NCBI GenBank assembly: GCA_963718585.1
Contig: OY970357.1
Coordinates: 810,001-842,000, forward strand
DNA length: 32,000 nucleotides
DNA from: Candidatus Saccharimonadota bacterium
GTDB taxonomy: Bacteria > Patescibacteriota > Patescibacteriia > 2-12-FULL-60-25
Reading direction: 5' to 3'
The first letter of the stretch is position 1. Each line of letters opens with the position of its first letter. Positions 24,788-32,000 of this stretch are shown in pieces. The notes under the pieces were generated by a model. The model saw nothing but the letters and a program-made list of their open reading frames with translations. It was not told the origin of the DNA and ran no database searches. The position numbers and the translations under genes are program-made.

Positions 24788-25876
24788 TTACCCTTCTTCC
24801 GTCTCGTCCCCTGACTTTCCGGACTTCACCCGCGCGATGAGCGGATCGAGGTCGCCGTCGAGGATCGCATCGATGTTGTGCCAGGAATGCTTCACGCGAT
24901 GATCCGTGATCCGGTCCTGCGGAAAGTTGTACGTGCGGATCTTCTCGGATCGATCGCCGGTGCCGATCTGCGCACGGCGTTCCGCGTCGAGCTTGCTCCG
25001 CTTCTTCTCCTCGTCCATCTCCCACAGACGCGCCCGCAGGATCGTCATGGCACGCTCCTTGTTCTGCAATTGTGATCGCTCGTCCTGACACGAGACGACC
25101 GTGCCCGTCGGAAGATGCGTGATACGCACTGCAGATTTGGTCGTGTTCACGGATTGGCCACCCTTCCCGCCCGCGCAGAACGTGTCGATGCGAAGATCCT
25201 TGGCCTCGATCGCGACCTCGGCTTCTTCGATCTCCGGAAGGACAGCGACGGTCGCCGTGGAGGTATGGATCCGACCCTGCTTTTCCGTGGACGGGATGCG
25301 CTGGACGCGATGGACCCCCTGCTCGATCTTGAGCGCGCCATAGGCCCCATCCCCTTTCACGCTGAACACGACCTCTTTCACACCACCCGCTTCGGCCGGC
25401 GAATCACTGACGAGCGAAACGCGCCACCCTTTGCGCTCCGCATATCGGGTGTACATCCGAAAGAGGTCTGCAGCGAACAGCGCCGCTTCCTCCCCGCCCG
25501 TTCCGGCACGGACCTCGATGATGACATCCCTGTGATCGTGCGGGTCCGGAGGGACAAGTGCGAGTTCGAACGCCTCCGTCGCCACTGCCAACGCTGCACG
25601 CGCCTGTGCCTCTTCCGTCTTGGCCAGATCCCGCATGTCCGCATCATCCGACCCGAGCGCCTGATCCAGGTCCGCGACGGCCCGGACGGCGGCAAGATAC
25701 CGCGTACCGACCTCCGCGACCTTTCGCGCATCTGCGTACGCGCGCGAAACCTCCCGGAACCGCGAGGTATTTCCGGTCACATCGGGCGAAGCGAGCTGGG
25801 ACTCGAATTCCGCCAGTTTAGCTTCGGCGGCAACGGCCGCGTCAGGGAGATTCATGTTACGTGGTGATTGTCTCAT
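24788..25876 (-). CDS. prfA: Peptide chain release factor 1
   Basis: GGQSVNTT (the GGQ motif) and the RF1-type tripeptide region [14 protein letters not shown]. An alternative start lies at 25855. Confidence 0.93.
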   Translation of the reverse strand: MRQSPRNMNLPDAAVAAEAKLAEFESQLASPDVTGNTSRFREVSRAYADARKVAEVGTRYLAAVRAVADLDQALGSDDADMRDLAKTEEAQARAALAVATEAFELALVPPDPHDHRDVIIEVRAGTGGEEAALFAADLFRMYTRYAERKGWRVSLVSDSPAEAGGVKEVVFSVKGDGAYGALKIEQGVHRVQRIPSTEKQGRIHTSTATVAVLPEIEEAEVAIEAKDLRIDTFCAGGKGGQSVNTTKSAVRITHLPTGTVVSCQDERSQLQNKERAMTILRARLWEMDEEKKRSKLDAERRAQIGTGDRSEKIRTYNFPQDRITDHRVKHSWHNIDAILDGDLDPLIARVKSGKSGDETEEG

Positions 25877-25907
25877 TCATGGTCGGTCCTGTCATTCGTA
25901 GGGGTAC

Positions 25908-25941
25908 AAAAAACCGGCCCATGGGAAAAAAGCCGGTTTTT
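25908..25941 (-). terminator. Candidate terminator or attenuator between rpmE and prfA
   Basis: AAAAACCGGC-n13-GCCGGTTTTT. The large loop makes this only moderately convincing. Confidence 0.45.
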
Positions 25942-25948
25942 CGAATAG

Positions 25949-26260
25949 CTACACCTCTGACAACGTGGTCGGTTTCTTCTGTGCCTTTTTCGTCGCCTTC
26001 TGTTTGGCGCGCTTTTCGGCCTTAGCCTTTTTGCCCATCACGGTGCCCGCAAGCGACTTCTTCGCCTCTGTACGCTCGGCGAACTTCTCGACGCGGCGAG
26101 CCGTGTCGATCAACTTCTGCTTGCCCGTGTAGAACGGATGGCACTTTGAACACAGCTCGACGTGGATCTCTTCGATGGTCGAACCGGCAGTGACGACGTT
26201 TCCACAGGCGCACACGATCTTGGCGTCTGGGAAATAGGTGGGGTGGATCTCAGCCTTCAT
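25949..26260 (-). CDS. rpmE: 50S ribosomal protein L31 with a Lys-rich C-terminal extension
   Basis: [10 protein letters not shown]...CACGN...[14 protein letters not shown] prefer the start at ATG 26260. Confidence 0.9.
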   Translation of the reverse strand: MKAEIHPTYFPDAKIVCACGNVVTAGSTIEEIHVELCSKCHPFYTGKQKLIDTARRVEKFAERTEAKKSLAGTVMGKKAKAEKRAKQKATKKAQKKPTTLSEV

Positions 26261-26383
26261 ATCGGCAGGAGCGTACCAAAACCCCCTTTTTCTGGCAAGA
26301 CCCACATGTCATTGCGAGGAATGTCGTAGCATGGCAATCTGACGTTCTTCGAACGCCATCCTGAGCCCGTCGAAGGATCTTCC

Positions 26384-27379
26384 ATGAAAACCTCGGATTT
26401 TGACTACCTCCTGCCCCCGGACCGGATCGCCCAGACCCCAGCAGAACCACGAGATACCTCTCGGCTCATGGTCCTCGATCGGGCCGCGCAGACCATCAAA
26501 CATCACCGTTTTTTCGAGATCGGCGAGATCCTCCGACCTGGGGATCTCCTTGTGGTGAATGAGAGCAAGGTCTTCAAGGCACGGCTGCGCGGGATGGTCG
26601 GAGGGACGGCCGTCGAGATCTTCCTTCTGCGTCCGGAAGGCGGCCACTGGCTCGCCCTCGGCAAACCCGGCAAACGCCTTGGCTCGGGGACGGTCGTCAC
26701 ATTCACGGACGGACGTCCGGGAACCATCATCGAAAAACGGGATGAAGATGGAACGATCCTCATCGACTTCGACGTACCATCAGAAGAGATCTTCGCCTGG
26801 GCCGATACGAATGGCGAAGTACCGACACCACCGTACGTCACGACCCCGCTCGAACGCGAAGAACAATACCAGACAGCGTACGCCAAGACCGTCGGATCCG
26901 TCGCCGCGCCGACGGCTGGTTTTCATTTCACATCAGAACGGATCGAACGCCTGAAGGCGCAAGGGATCCGATTCGCGACCGTGACATTGCATGTCGGGAT
27001 CGGAACGTTCCGCCCCATGAAGACCGCAACGTTGGAGGAGCATCGGATGCATGAGGAATGGATCGACGTGCCGGATGAGACGATGCACGCGATCGAGGAA
27101 ACCCGAAAAGACGATGGACGGGTGATCGCCGTGGGCACGACCACGGTCCGCGCGCTCGAGTCAGACTTTCAGCACGGATTCACGGATATCTTCATCACAC
27201 CAGGATATCGCTTCAAGCATATCGATGGATTGATCACGAATTTTCATCTGCCAAAGTCCACCCTCCTCGTCCTTGTCTCCGCCTTTGCCGGACGCGGATT
27301 CGTCCTCCGTGCGTACCACGAGGCGGTCGAGAACGGATATCGCTTCTACTCCTTCGGCGACGCGATGCTGATCGTATAA
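26384..27379 (+). CDS. queA: S-adenosylmethionine:tRNA ribosyltransferase-isomerase
   Basis: FDYLLPPDRIAQTP, GEVPTPPYV, APTAGFHFT and GTTTVRALE. Confidence 0.95.
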   Translation: MKTSDFDYLLPPDRIAQTPAEPRDTSRLMVLDRAAQTIKHHRFFEIGEILRPGDLLVVNESKVFKARLRGMVGGTAVEIFLLRPEGGHWLALGKPGKRLGSGTVVTFTDGRPGTIIEKRDEDGTILIDFDVPSEEIFAWADTNGEVPTPPYVTTPLEREEQYQTAYAKTVGSVAAPTAGFHFTSERIERLKAQGIRFATVTLHVGIGTFRPMKTATLEEHRMHEEWIDVPDETMHAIEETRKDDGRVIAVGTTTVRALESDFQHGFTDIFITPGYRFKHIDGLITNFHLPKSTLLVLVSAFAGRGFVLRAYHEAVENGYRFYSFGDAMLIV

Positions 27380-27402
27380 AAGACCCGATCATTCGATCGG
27401 GT
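27377..27402 (-). terminator. Hairpin terminator after the small TM ORF; it abuts the queA stop
   Basis: ACCCGATC-gaat-GATCGGGT followed by CTTTTAT on the minus strand. Confidence 0.5.
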
Positions 27403-27404
27403 GG

Positions 27405-27551
27405 TCAGGGGAGCTCGTAATTCATCGCCGGCGGTGTTGGCGACGGTGCATGATGATCGAAATAGACAAGCGCAATGATCGCGAGGATCATGGCGACAAT
27501 GAGCGGGAAATTGAACTGATGGATGCCGGGTCTCGGCGAATGACGTGCCAC
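27405..27551 (-). CDS. Candidate small membrane protein (48 aa), below the ORF-track size cutoff
   Basis: I translated it by hand. The GTG start at 27551 lies 5 nt after AGGAG. Product: MARHSPRPGIHQFNFPLIVAMILAIIALVYFDHHAPSPTPPAMNYELP. It has one TM helix and a terminator 2 nt after the stop. Confidence 0.4.
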   Translation of the reverse strand: MARHSPRPGIHQFNFPLIVAMILAIIALVYFDHHAPSPTPPAMNYELP

Positions 27552-27591
27552 GACATCTCCTAGCTAAGCGTCTTCCAGACAGAGCGTCAAG

Positions 27592-27939
27592 TCACAGGAT
27601 GCACGGCACGTAATGGAAACGCGGCCCATCTGCCGTGACCATGATCGCGAGGGCATCCACTTGATGATCCCCGACCGCATGCGTACGGACATATGCTTCG
27701 ATCGCGCGGGAAAGATGCGTCAGTTTCGTCGGCGTGATCGCTTCTTCCGGGTGCCCATAGGTCGCCGTCCGGCGCGTCTTCACTTCCACGAAATGCGTAA
27801 CCCCGTCTTTCGCGACCACGAGGTCGATCTCACCCGACCGACAGCGCCAGTTCCGGCACACGAGTGTGAAATCCCGTGCCAGAAAAAACGCCGCGGCGAG
27901 ATCTTCGCCGCGGTCGCCAAATGCTTTACGTCCATCCAT
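27592..27939 (-). CDS. YraN-family (UPF0102) endonuclease-like protein
   Basis: GEDLAAAFFLARDFTLVCRNWRCRSGEIDLVV...VHFVEVKTR. Confidence 0.85.
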   Translation of the reverse strand: MDGRKAFGDRGEDLAAAFFLARDFTLVCRNWRCRSGEIDLVVAKDGVTHFVEVKTRRTATYGHPEEAITPTKLTHLSRAIEAYVRTHAVGDHQVDALAIMVTADGPRFHYVPCIL

Positions 27940-27948
27940 ACGTTCAGC

Positions 27949-28362
27949 TTACCGCTTCCCTTTCGGCAGCCATTTGGTGAATGCATGGTATTCCTTTTCC
28001 CGTTCTGTGATCTCCGGCAGATCGACCGTCGCGTAGCGATAGATCCGCCAAGCCATCCACACGAACCAGAGGAAGAGGACGAGGTACCAAACGCGCATCA
28101 TCAGATACGGGATCTGCTCGATGTAAAACGCATACAAGACCAGGCCGATGAGTCCGGCGACGATCGTGGTCGTAGCCGCACGTCCCAAAAGCCGTTTGAC
28201 CGCCTTCCCGGCATGCCGGCGTGTTCGGGCCATCTGAGCCGCGACGCCAAGGACGACGAGAGCGATGAAAACACCCGGGATCACTTTTTCCATCAATGGC
28301 ATGAATGGCGGCGGTGACGGCATGAACCAGTATGGAAGCGTGAGGATCGGAGGAAGTGTCAT
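27949..28362 (-). CDS. Membrane protein, hypothetical
   Basis: 3-4 TM helices. The ORF-track start at 28401 is a TTG; the first ATG is at 28362. Confidence 0.6.
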   Translation of the reverse strand: MTLPPILTLPYWFMPSPPPFMPLMEKVIPGVFIALVVLGVAAQMARTRRHAGKAVKRLLGRAATTTIVAGLIGLVLYAFYIEQIPYLMMRVWYLVLFLWFVWMAWRIYRYATVDLPEITEREKEYHAFTKWLPKGKR

Positions 28363-28454
28363 ATCGGTCAAAAGTCTGCCTGAATCGAAGTGATTAGGCA
28401 AGAACGGAGGAAAAAGGGTGCATCTTTTCGAACAAGGCCCGCGCAGGTCACGAC

Positions 28455-29018
28455 CTACACACGTTTATCGTTCCGGGTATAGACCAGACCGTAATGATAC
28501 GGTCCGGCATCGAAATCATCGAAAAACGAGAAATACGGACTCTTGAGAAGCTGTTTCGCCTCCTCTTTCCCAAGTCGTTGCTCATTGGAGGGACCGATCG
28601 GACTGTCGGTCGGCTTCCACTCGATCACGATCGCGCGCCCGCCCGGCCGCGTCAGTCGCGCCATCTCGTGGACAAGTGCCTCGCGGTCTTGGGAAAGATA
28701 TAGATTATTGACCAAGAGCGTCAGGTCCAATGTCCCCGGATCGATATGCGTCGCACCGTACACATCGATATCCGACCAGATCGGATGGATGTTATAGAAG
28801 TGCTGTTCCTTCGCGAGTCGGTTGATGTGCTCCAGGACATGACGCTGGATGTCCACCGCATACACGGCGCCAGGTGCGCCGACGAATTGCGCGGCCGGGA
28901 ATACGAAATGCCCCAGGGATCCGCACCCCAGATCAGCAACCTTGTATCCCTGACGGATCCCGACCCGTTCAAGGATCTTGAACGGATTCAGAAGTTCCGT
29001 ACCGCTCCGCACCATCAT
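28455..29018 (-). CDS. Class I SAM-dependent methyltransferase
   Basis: Motif I VADLGCGSLG, then AVYAVDIQ and GGRAIVIEW. Confidence 0.8.
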   Translation of the reverse strand: MMVRSGTELLNPFKILERVGIRQGYKVADLGCGSLGHFVFPAAQFVGAPGAVYAVDIQRHVLEHINRLAKEQHFYNIHPIWSDIDVYGATHIDPGTLDLTLLVNNLYLSQDREALVHEMARLTRPGGRAIVIEWKPTDSPIGPSNEQRLGKEEAKQLLKSPYFSFFDDFDAGPYHYGLVYTRNDKRV

Positions 29019-29021
29019 ACG

Positions 29022-29294
29022 TTAGGACGTGGTCGGGATCTCCGGCTTCGGGAAGATCGAACCAAGCGTCGCTTCCAGGAACGCTCCCCACAGATCCGTC
29101 GCGACCATGAAGCCGACGAAGATCAGGACGATGCCGATGAATTTATAGGTCAAGGCCGTCCCTCCCCCGCCGAGTTTGGCATCCGCCCACGGGATCGAGC
29201 CGAAGAATTCGATGAACTTACGCGTCTTCCAGACGAAGACGAAGCCGATGGCCGCGATGCCCAAGCCAAGGATGATGCGAAGGAAGATATTCAT
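29022..29294 (-). CDS. Small membrane protein, hypothetical (90 aa)
   Basis: Two TM helices. The extended -10 box TGcTATACT (29307..29315) lies 12 nt upstream. Confidence 0.65.
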   Translation of the reverse strand: MNIFLRIILGLGIAAIGFVFVWKTRKFIEFFGSIPWADAKLGGGGTALTYKFIGIVLIFVGFMVATDLWGAFLEATLGSIFPKPEIPTTS

Positions 29295-29325
29295 AGTGTT
29301 GATCGAAGTATAGCAAATTTTGCGC

Positions 29326-30150
29326 TCAGGCGCGCTTCGGCGACCACCGATCGCCGTCCTGGGCGAGTTTCACATCTCCGAAATACCCTGCTGCACGGAC
29401 CTCCGACAGGACCGCATCCGGCGTATCGATGTCATAGTAGTGCGTCAGCCACAGCGATCCGACACCGCCTTTCAAGGCGATGTCTCCGCACTGATGCGGA
29501 CCCATGTGACCATATCCGCCGGTGTATTCCTGCCCGACGCGGGTCTGACAATCAGAGATCAGCAGATCCGCGCTCTGTGCCAGTACGCGCACGCCTTCGC
29601 ACAGGCCCGTATCCCCGGTATAGGCCACCACACCGTACGGCGTGGTCAATCGGAATCCCATCGCCGGATGGCGACCGAAGCCGTGATAGACGTCGACGGC
29701 CTTCAGATGGATGCCCGGCAGGATCTCCTGCTCGAAACCGTCCCCCATCCCGATGACCTTCGGTTCGAATCCGTTCCAATATCCTCCGTCGTTCTCCGGT
29801 TGATGCCAGTTCCAGACCTGCGGAAAATCACGCGCGAGCTTCTTCGGCAGATAGATCGAGAGATCGAACGCGTGCGGATCCTGCGGCGCGAACAGCGTAT
29901 GGCAGAATTTCGACTGGATGAACTGCGGCAATGCGGCGTGGTCCGGATGCGCATGGCTCACGATGACATGCGACAGATTCCCGATGTCATACCCGGCCTG
30001 ACGCAACCGATACCGGATCCCCTCACTGCAATCGAAGAGGATCTGTCGGCCGTCGATGTCGATGAGGAATGCGGGGGGCTGCCGCGGCGTCGTCGTATGC
30101 GACGTATCCGCGCAGACGCCCGTGCCGAGTGCGATGACTTCCAATGCCAT
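29326..30150 (-). CDS. MBL-fold metallo-hydrolase
   Basis: SHAHPDH (the HxHxDH motif). I prefer the start at ATG 30150 because TATACT lies 6 nt upstream. The ORF-track start is 30174. Confidence 0.85.
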   Translation of the reverse strand: MALEVIALGTGVCADTSHTTTPRQPPAFLIDIDGRQILFDCSEGIRYRLRQAGYDIGNLSHVIVSHAHPDHAALPQFIQSKFCHTLFAPQDPHAFDLSIYLPKKLARDFPQVWNWHQPENDGGYWNGFEPKVIGMGDGFEQEILPGIHLKAVDVYHGFGRHPAMGFRLTTPYGVVAYTGDTGLCEGVRVLAQSADLLISDCQTRVGQEYTGGYGHMGPHQCGDIALKGGVGSLWLTHYYDIDTPDAVLSEVRAAGYFGDVKLAQDGDRWSPKRA

Positions 30151-30227
30151 GGAAGTAGTATACAGGCCGGACACATACCCCGCATCTCAACATGCGCATA
30201 TGAACATTCTGACGATCTTCGCGAGTT

Positions 30228-30256
30228 AAAAAAAACCGGACACTGAATGTATCCGG
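30228..30256 (-). terminator. Second of two tandem intrinsic terminators
   Basis: CCGGATAC-attca-GTGTCCGG, an 8-bp stem, followed by T8 on the minus strand. Confidence 0.7.
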
Positions 30257-30259
30257 GTG

Positions 30260-30297
30260 AAAAAAACCAGGAGAGGTCGCGAGACCTCAATCCTTGG
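30260..30297 (-). terminator. First of two tandem intrinsic terminators; it overlaps the stop of the acidic-protein gene
   Basis: CCAAGGA-tt-GAGGTC-tcgc-GACCTC-TCCTGG followed by T7. Confidence 0.6.
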
Positions 30298-30478
30298 TCG
30301 CTGACGACTCCGTCGCAGGCGTTTCGTCGGATGAACTGAGAAGCTCTTCCCAGTCTCTGAACGAGGCTATGACGCTTGGCCGGGCGACGCGGTCAGCCTC
30401 CTTCTTGATCTGACGTAGGGCACGCCAGAACGCATCGTTCCTGGGTTTTGACCCTTCATCTCCCTCATGATCTTCCAT
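30287..30478 (-). CDS. Small acidic hypothetical protein (63 aa)
   Basis: The start was chosen at ATG 30478, which lies 3 nt after AAGGAGAAGGAG. The ORF-track start is a TTG. Confidence 0.55.
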   Translation of the reverse strand: MEDHEGDEGSKPRNDAFWRALRQIKKEADRVARPSVIASFRDWEELLSSSDETPATESSATKD

Positions 30479-30570
30479 GCACTCCTTCTCCTTGCTTGGC
30501 GGTCCAAATCGCCTCGCGAAAAAACGTCGCGTTCCCAAATAACGGTCAAAAAAGAGCAACCTTCAAAAAG

Positions 30571-30599
30571 AGACTAGCAGAAAACTCCTTAAAAGTCAA
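30571..30599 (-). promoter_or_regulatory. Promoter TTGACT-17-TAGTCT for the acidic-protein gene
   Basis: Read on the minus strand, directly after the NUDIX stop. Confidence 0.45.
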
Positions 30600-30603
30600 C
30601 GGA

Positions 30604-31053
30604 TCATAACTCCTCTTTCCTCACCACCTTCCCATCTGCATCGAAGAAAAAGCGCCTGGAGACGGTCCCGCCGGCAAGCACGGCCGGTAACCATAACGGA
30701 TCATCGTCCCACATGGCCGCATACGGAACAGCTTCCAACGGATACCACTGGGGACGCATCTCCTCGGTCTCTTCCGGTTCCCCCTCAAGCCCGCGTGCGA
30801 CGAAGACCGTACACCGATTGTCCCATTCCGGGGTCTCCAAAAAGACGAACTCGATGACCCCGCGCGACTCGAGACCCGTCGGCGTGGCGCCCACCTCCTC
30901 CTGCGTCTCACGGACGCACGCAGCTTCCGGCGTCTCCCCATCCTCCAACTTGCCACCTGGGCCGTTCCATTTCCCAGCGCCAAGCCCGCGCTTCTTCATC
31001 GCGAGCAGGACACGGCCATCGACGATCGGATAACAGAGGGTGGTCTGTTTCAT
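30604..31053 (-). CDS. NUDIX hydrolase (MutT-like)
   Basis: Nudix box GGKLEDGETPEAACVRETQEEVG. The start at ATG 31053 overlaps the upstream stop as ATGA. Confidence 0.85.
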   Translation of the reverse strand: MKQTTLCYPIVDGRVLLAMKKRGLGAGKWNGPGGKLEDGETPEAACVRETQEEVGATPTGLESRGVIEFVFLETPEWDNRCTVFVARGLEGEPEETEEMRPQWYPLEAVPYAAMWDDDPLWLPAVLAGGTVSRRFFFDADGKVVRKEEL

Positions 31054-31613
31054 ACGTGTTCTTCGCCCAATGCCGCCTCCAGGATCTCCGGGACCTCGAG
31101 CGCGCCTTCGACATGCATCAGATGTCCGGACCGCGCCGGGACGATGAGCTTGACGCCGAGCTGTTTCGCGAGCCATTCCCCTTCCTCGAACGGAACGAGC
31201 GGATCGCGATGCGCATGCACGACCGCCCAGGATCGCGCCTTCGGCTTGATCGCAGAAAGATCCAAGGGGTGAGGGAACCAGTCATGATGGAATTGTCCCG
31301 CCTTTTTCAGGATCGTCGAAAACGGACGGCCGAAACCGGAGACCAATACGACCCGTGTGAGCGGTGGCCCTTCGTAGTTCGCAAGCGTCCACAGGATCGC
31401 CGCGCATCCGAGCGAATGTCCGATCAGCACGGTCTCCGGACGGCCAAGGGCGCGCCGGATGGTATCGACCCAGACCGTCCGCTTGGGCAGCGCCGGATCC
31501 GGCATCTTCAACGCTTCCGTGGTCCACCCACGCGATCCCAGCTCACGCCGAAGCCACGGGAACCAAGCGTTCTCCGGCCAACCTTCCCACCCATGCACGA
31601 GGATCGCATGCAT
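31050..31613 (-). CDS. Alpha/beta hydrolase, YdeN/RBBP9-like serine hydrolase
   Basis: ILVHGW, the nucleophile elbow IGHSLG, and a size of about 187 aa typical of the family. Confidence 0.8.
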   Translation of the reverse strand: MHAILVHGWEGWPENAWFPWLRRELGSRGWTTEALKMPDPALPKRTVWVDTIRRALGRPETVLIGHSLGCAAILWTLANYEGPPLTRVVLVSGFGRPFSTILKKAGQFHHDWFPHPLDLSAIKPKARSWAVVHAHRDPLVPFEEGEWLAKQLGVKLIVPARSGHLMHVEGALEVPEILEAALGEEHV

Positions 31614-31675
31614 GACGCCAGCGTAGCCGGAGGAACTCGAAAAAGAAATGCCCCGTACACGATGATCCAGCCGGG

Positions 31676-31749
31676 TGCGCGCGCAAGGACTCGAACCTTG
31701 GACCCCTTCGGTGTAAACGAAGTGCTCTAACCGACTGAGCTACGCGCGC
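31676..31749 (-). tRNA. tRNA-Val (anticodon UAC), 74 nt, CCA not encoded (followed by CCC)
   Basis: I folded it by hand. The acceptor stem is GCGCGCG/CGCGCGC, the D arm is GCTC-AGTCGGTTA-GAGC, the anticodon arm is CTTCG-TTTACAC-CGAAG and the T arm is CAAGG-TTCGAGT-CCTTG. Confidence 0.95.
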
Positions 31750-31817
31750 GCGCCTGAATGGACCATCGTAACGGGATCTGCCGGCGAGTGTAGCAGAAGA
31801 GGGCTCCCTGTCCAGCC

Positions 31818-31846
31818 TTGACAAAACCATCGATCCGTCGTAGGTT
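31818..31846 (+). promoter_or_regulatory. Promoter TTGACA-17-TAGGTT
   Basis: A consensus -35 hexamer with a 17-nt spacer, about 40 nt upstream of the RBS and GTG at 31886. Confidence 0.5.
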
Positions 31847-31885
31847 CGATCATCGGACGTTCTTTGACCAACAAGGAGGTTTCAT

Positions 31886-32000
31886 GTGATCCAAAGCATC
31901 CGACGCGTACGATATCGGGACATCGACGCCATCCTGATCCGAACGGTGAAGGATGATGTCCGCCGACGCCACAGCGGTGTCGAGCTCGAGGAGTGGCTCA
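31886..32000 (+). CDS. 5' end of an unidentified CDS that runs off the right edge
   Basis: The GTG start lies 6 nt after AAGGAGG, and the frame is open to the window end: MIQSIRRVRYRDIDAILIRTVKDDVRRRHSGVELEEWL. The ATG at 31884 is followed immediately by TGA. Confidence 0.4.
   Translation, partial: MIQSIRRVRYRDIDAILIRTVKDDVRRRHSGVELEEWL

Noticed and set aside
28746-29756. A 336-aa plus-strand ORF spanning three minus-strand genes. The antisense ORFs 13854..14714 and 16011..16811 inside the ATPase are similar cases.
   Set aside because: These are Arg/Asp-rich shadow frames. The opposite-strand genes have clear family motifs.
31543-31830. A 95-aa minus-strand ORF.
   Set aside because: It overlaps tRNA-Val completely and is Arg-rich, so it is spurious.

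Overview
A gene-dense window of about 59% GC, with roughly 40 CDS and 2 tRNAs, mostly on the minus strand. It looks like the core chromosome of a small-genome bacterium. The gene content and the Lys-rich tails on ribosomal proteins suggest a Patescibacteria/CPR-type lineage, but that is inference only. Recognisable housekeeping genes are a thyA-like fragment, gatB, miaA, a frame-interrupted miaB, eno, pgk, gap, trmD, a KH protein, rpsP, tsf, rpsB, prfA, rpmE and queA. Also recognisable are a YraN-family protein, a CaCA antiporter next to a P-type ATPase, a metallophosphoesterase, a SIMPL protein, an MBL hydrolase, a NUDIX hydrolase, an alpha/beta hydrolase, tRNA-Glu(UUC) and tRNA-Val(UAC). Between these sit several self-contained accessory cassettes, each with a near-consensus -35/-10 promoter, a strong Shine-Dalgarno (SD) site and an intrinsic terminator. 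They are a 337-aa orphan and a DHH/MYG1-like protein between tRNA-Glu and tsf, a pair of lipoproteins carrying perfect in-frame tandem DNA repeats, a 103-aa orphan after prfA, and a tiny acidic protein followed by two tandem terminators. In contrast, at least 14 housekeeping genes have an extended -10 box (TGnTAnnnT) only 6-12 nt upstream of the ATG and no SD, which suggests leaderless or near-leaderless mRNAs. Long non-coding leaders precede rpsP (about 170 nt) and rpsB. I see no CRISPR array, rRNA, transposase, integrase or recognisable multi-gene defence system. The best novelty candidates are the orphan cassettes and the lipoprotein pair, and their functions cannot be assigned from sequence alone.
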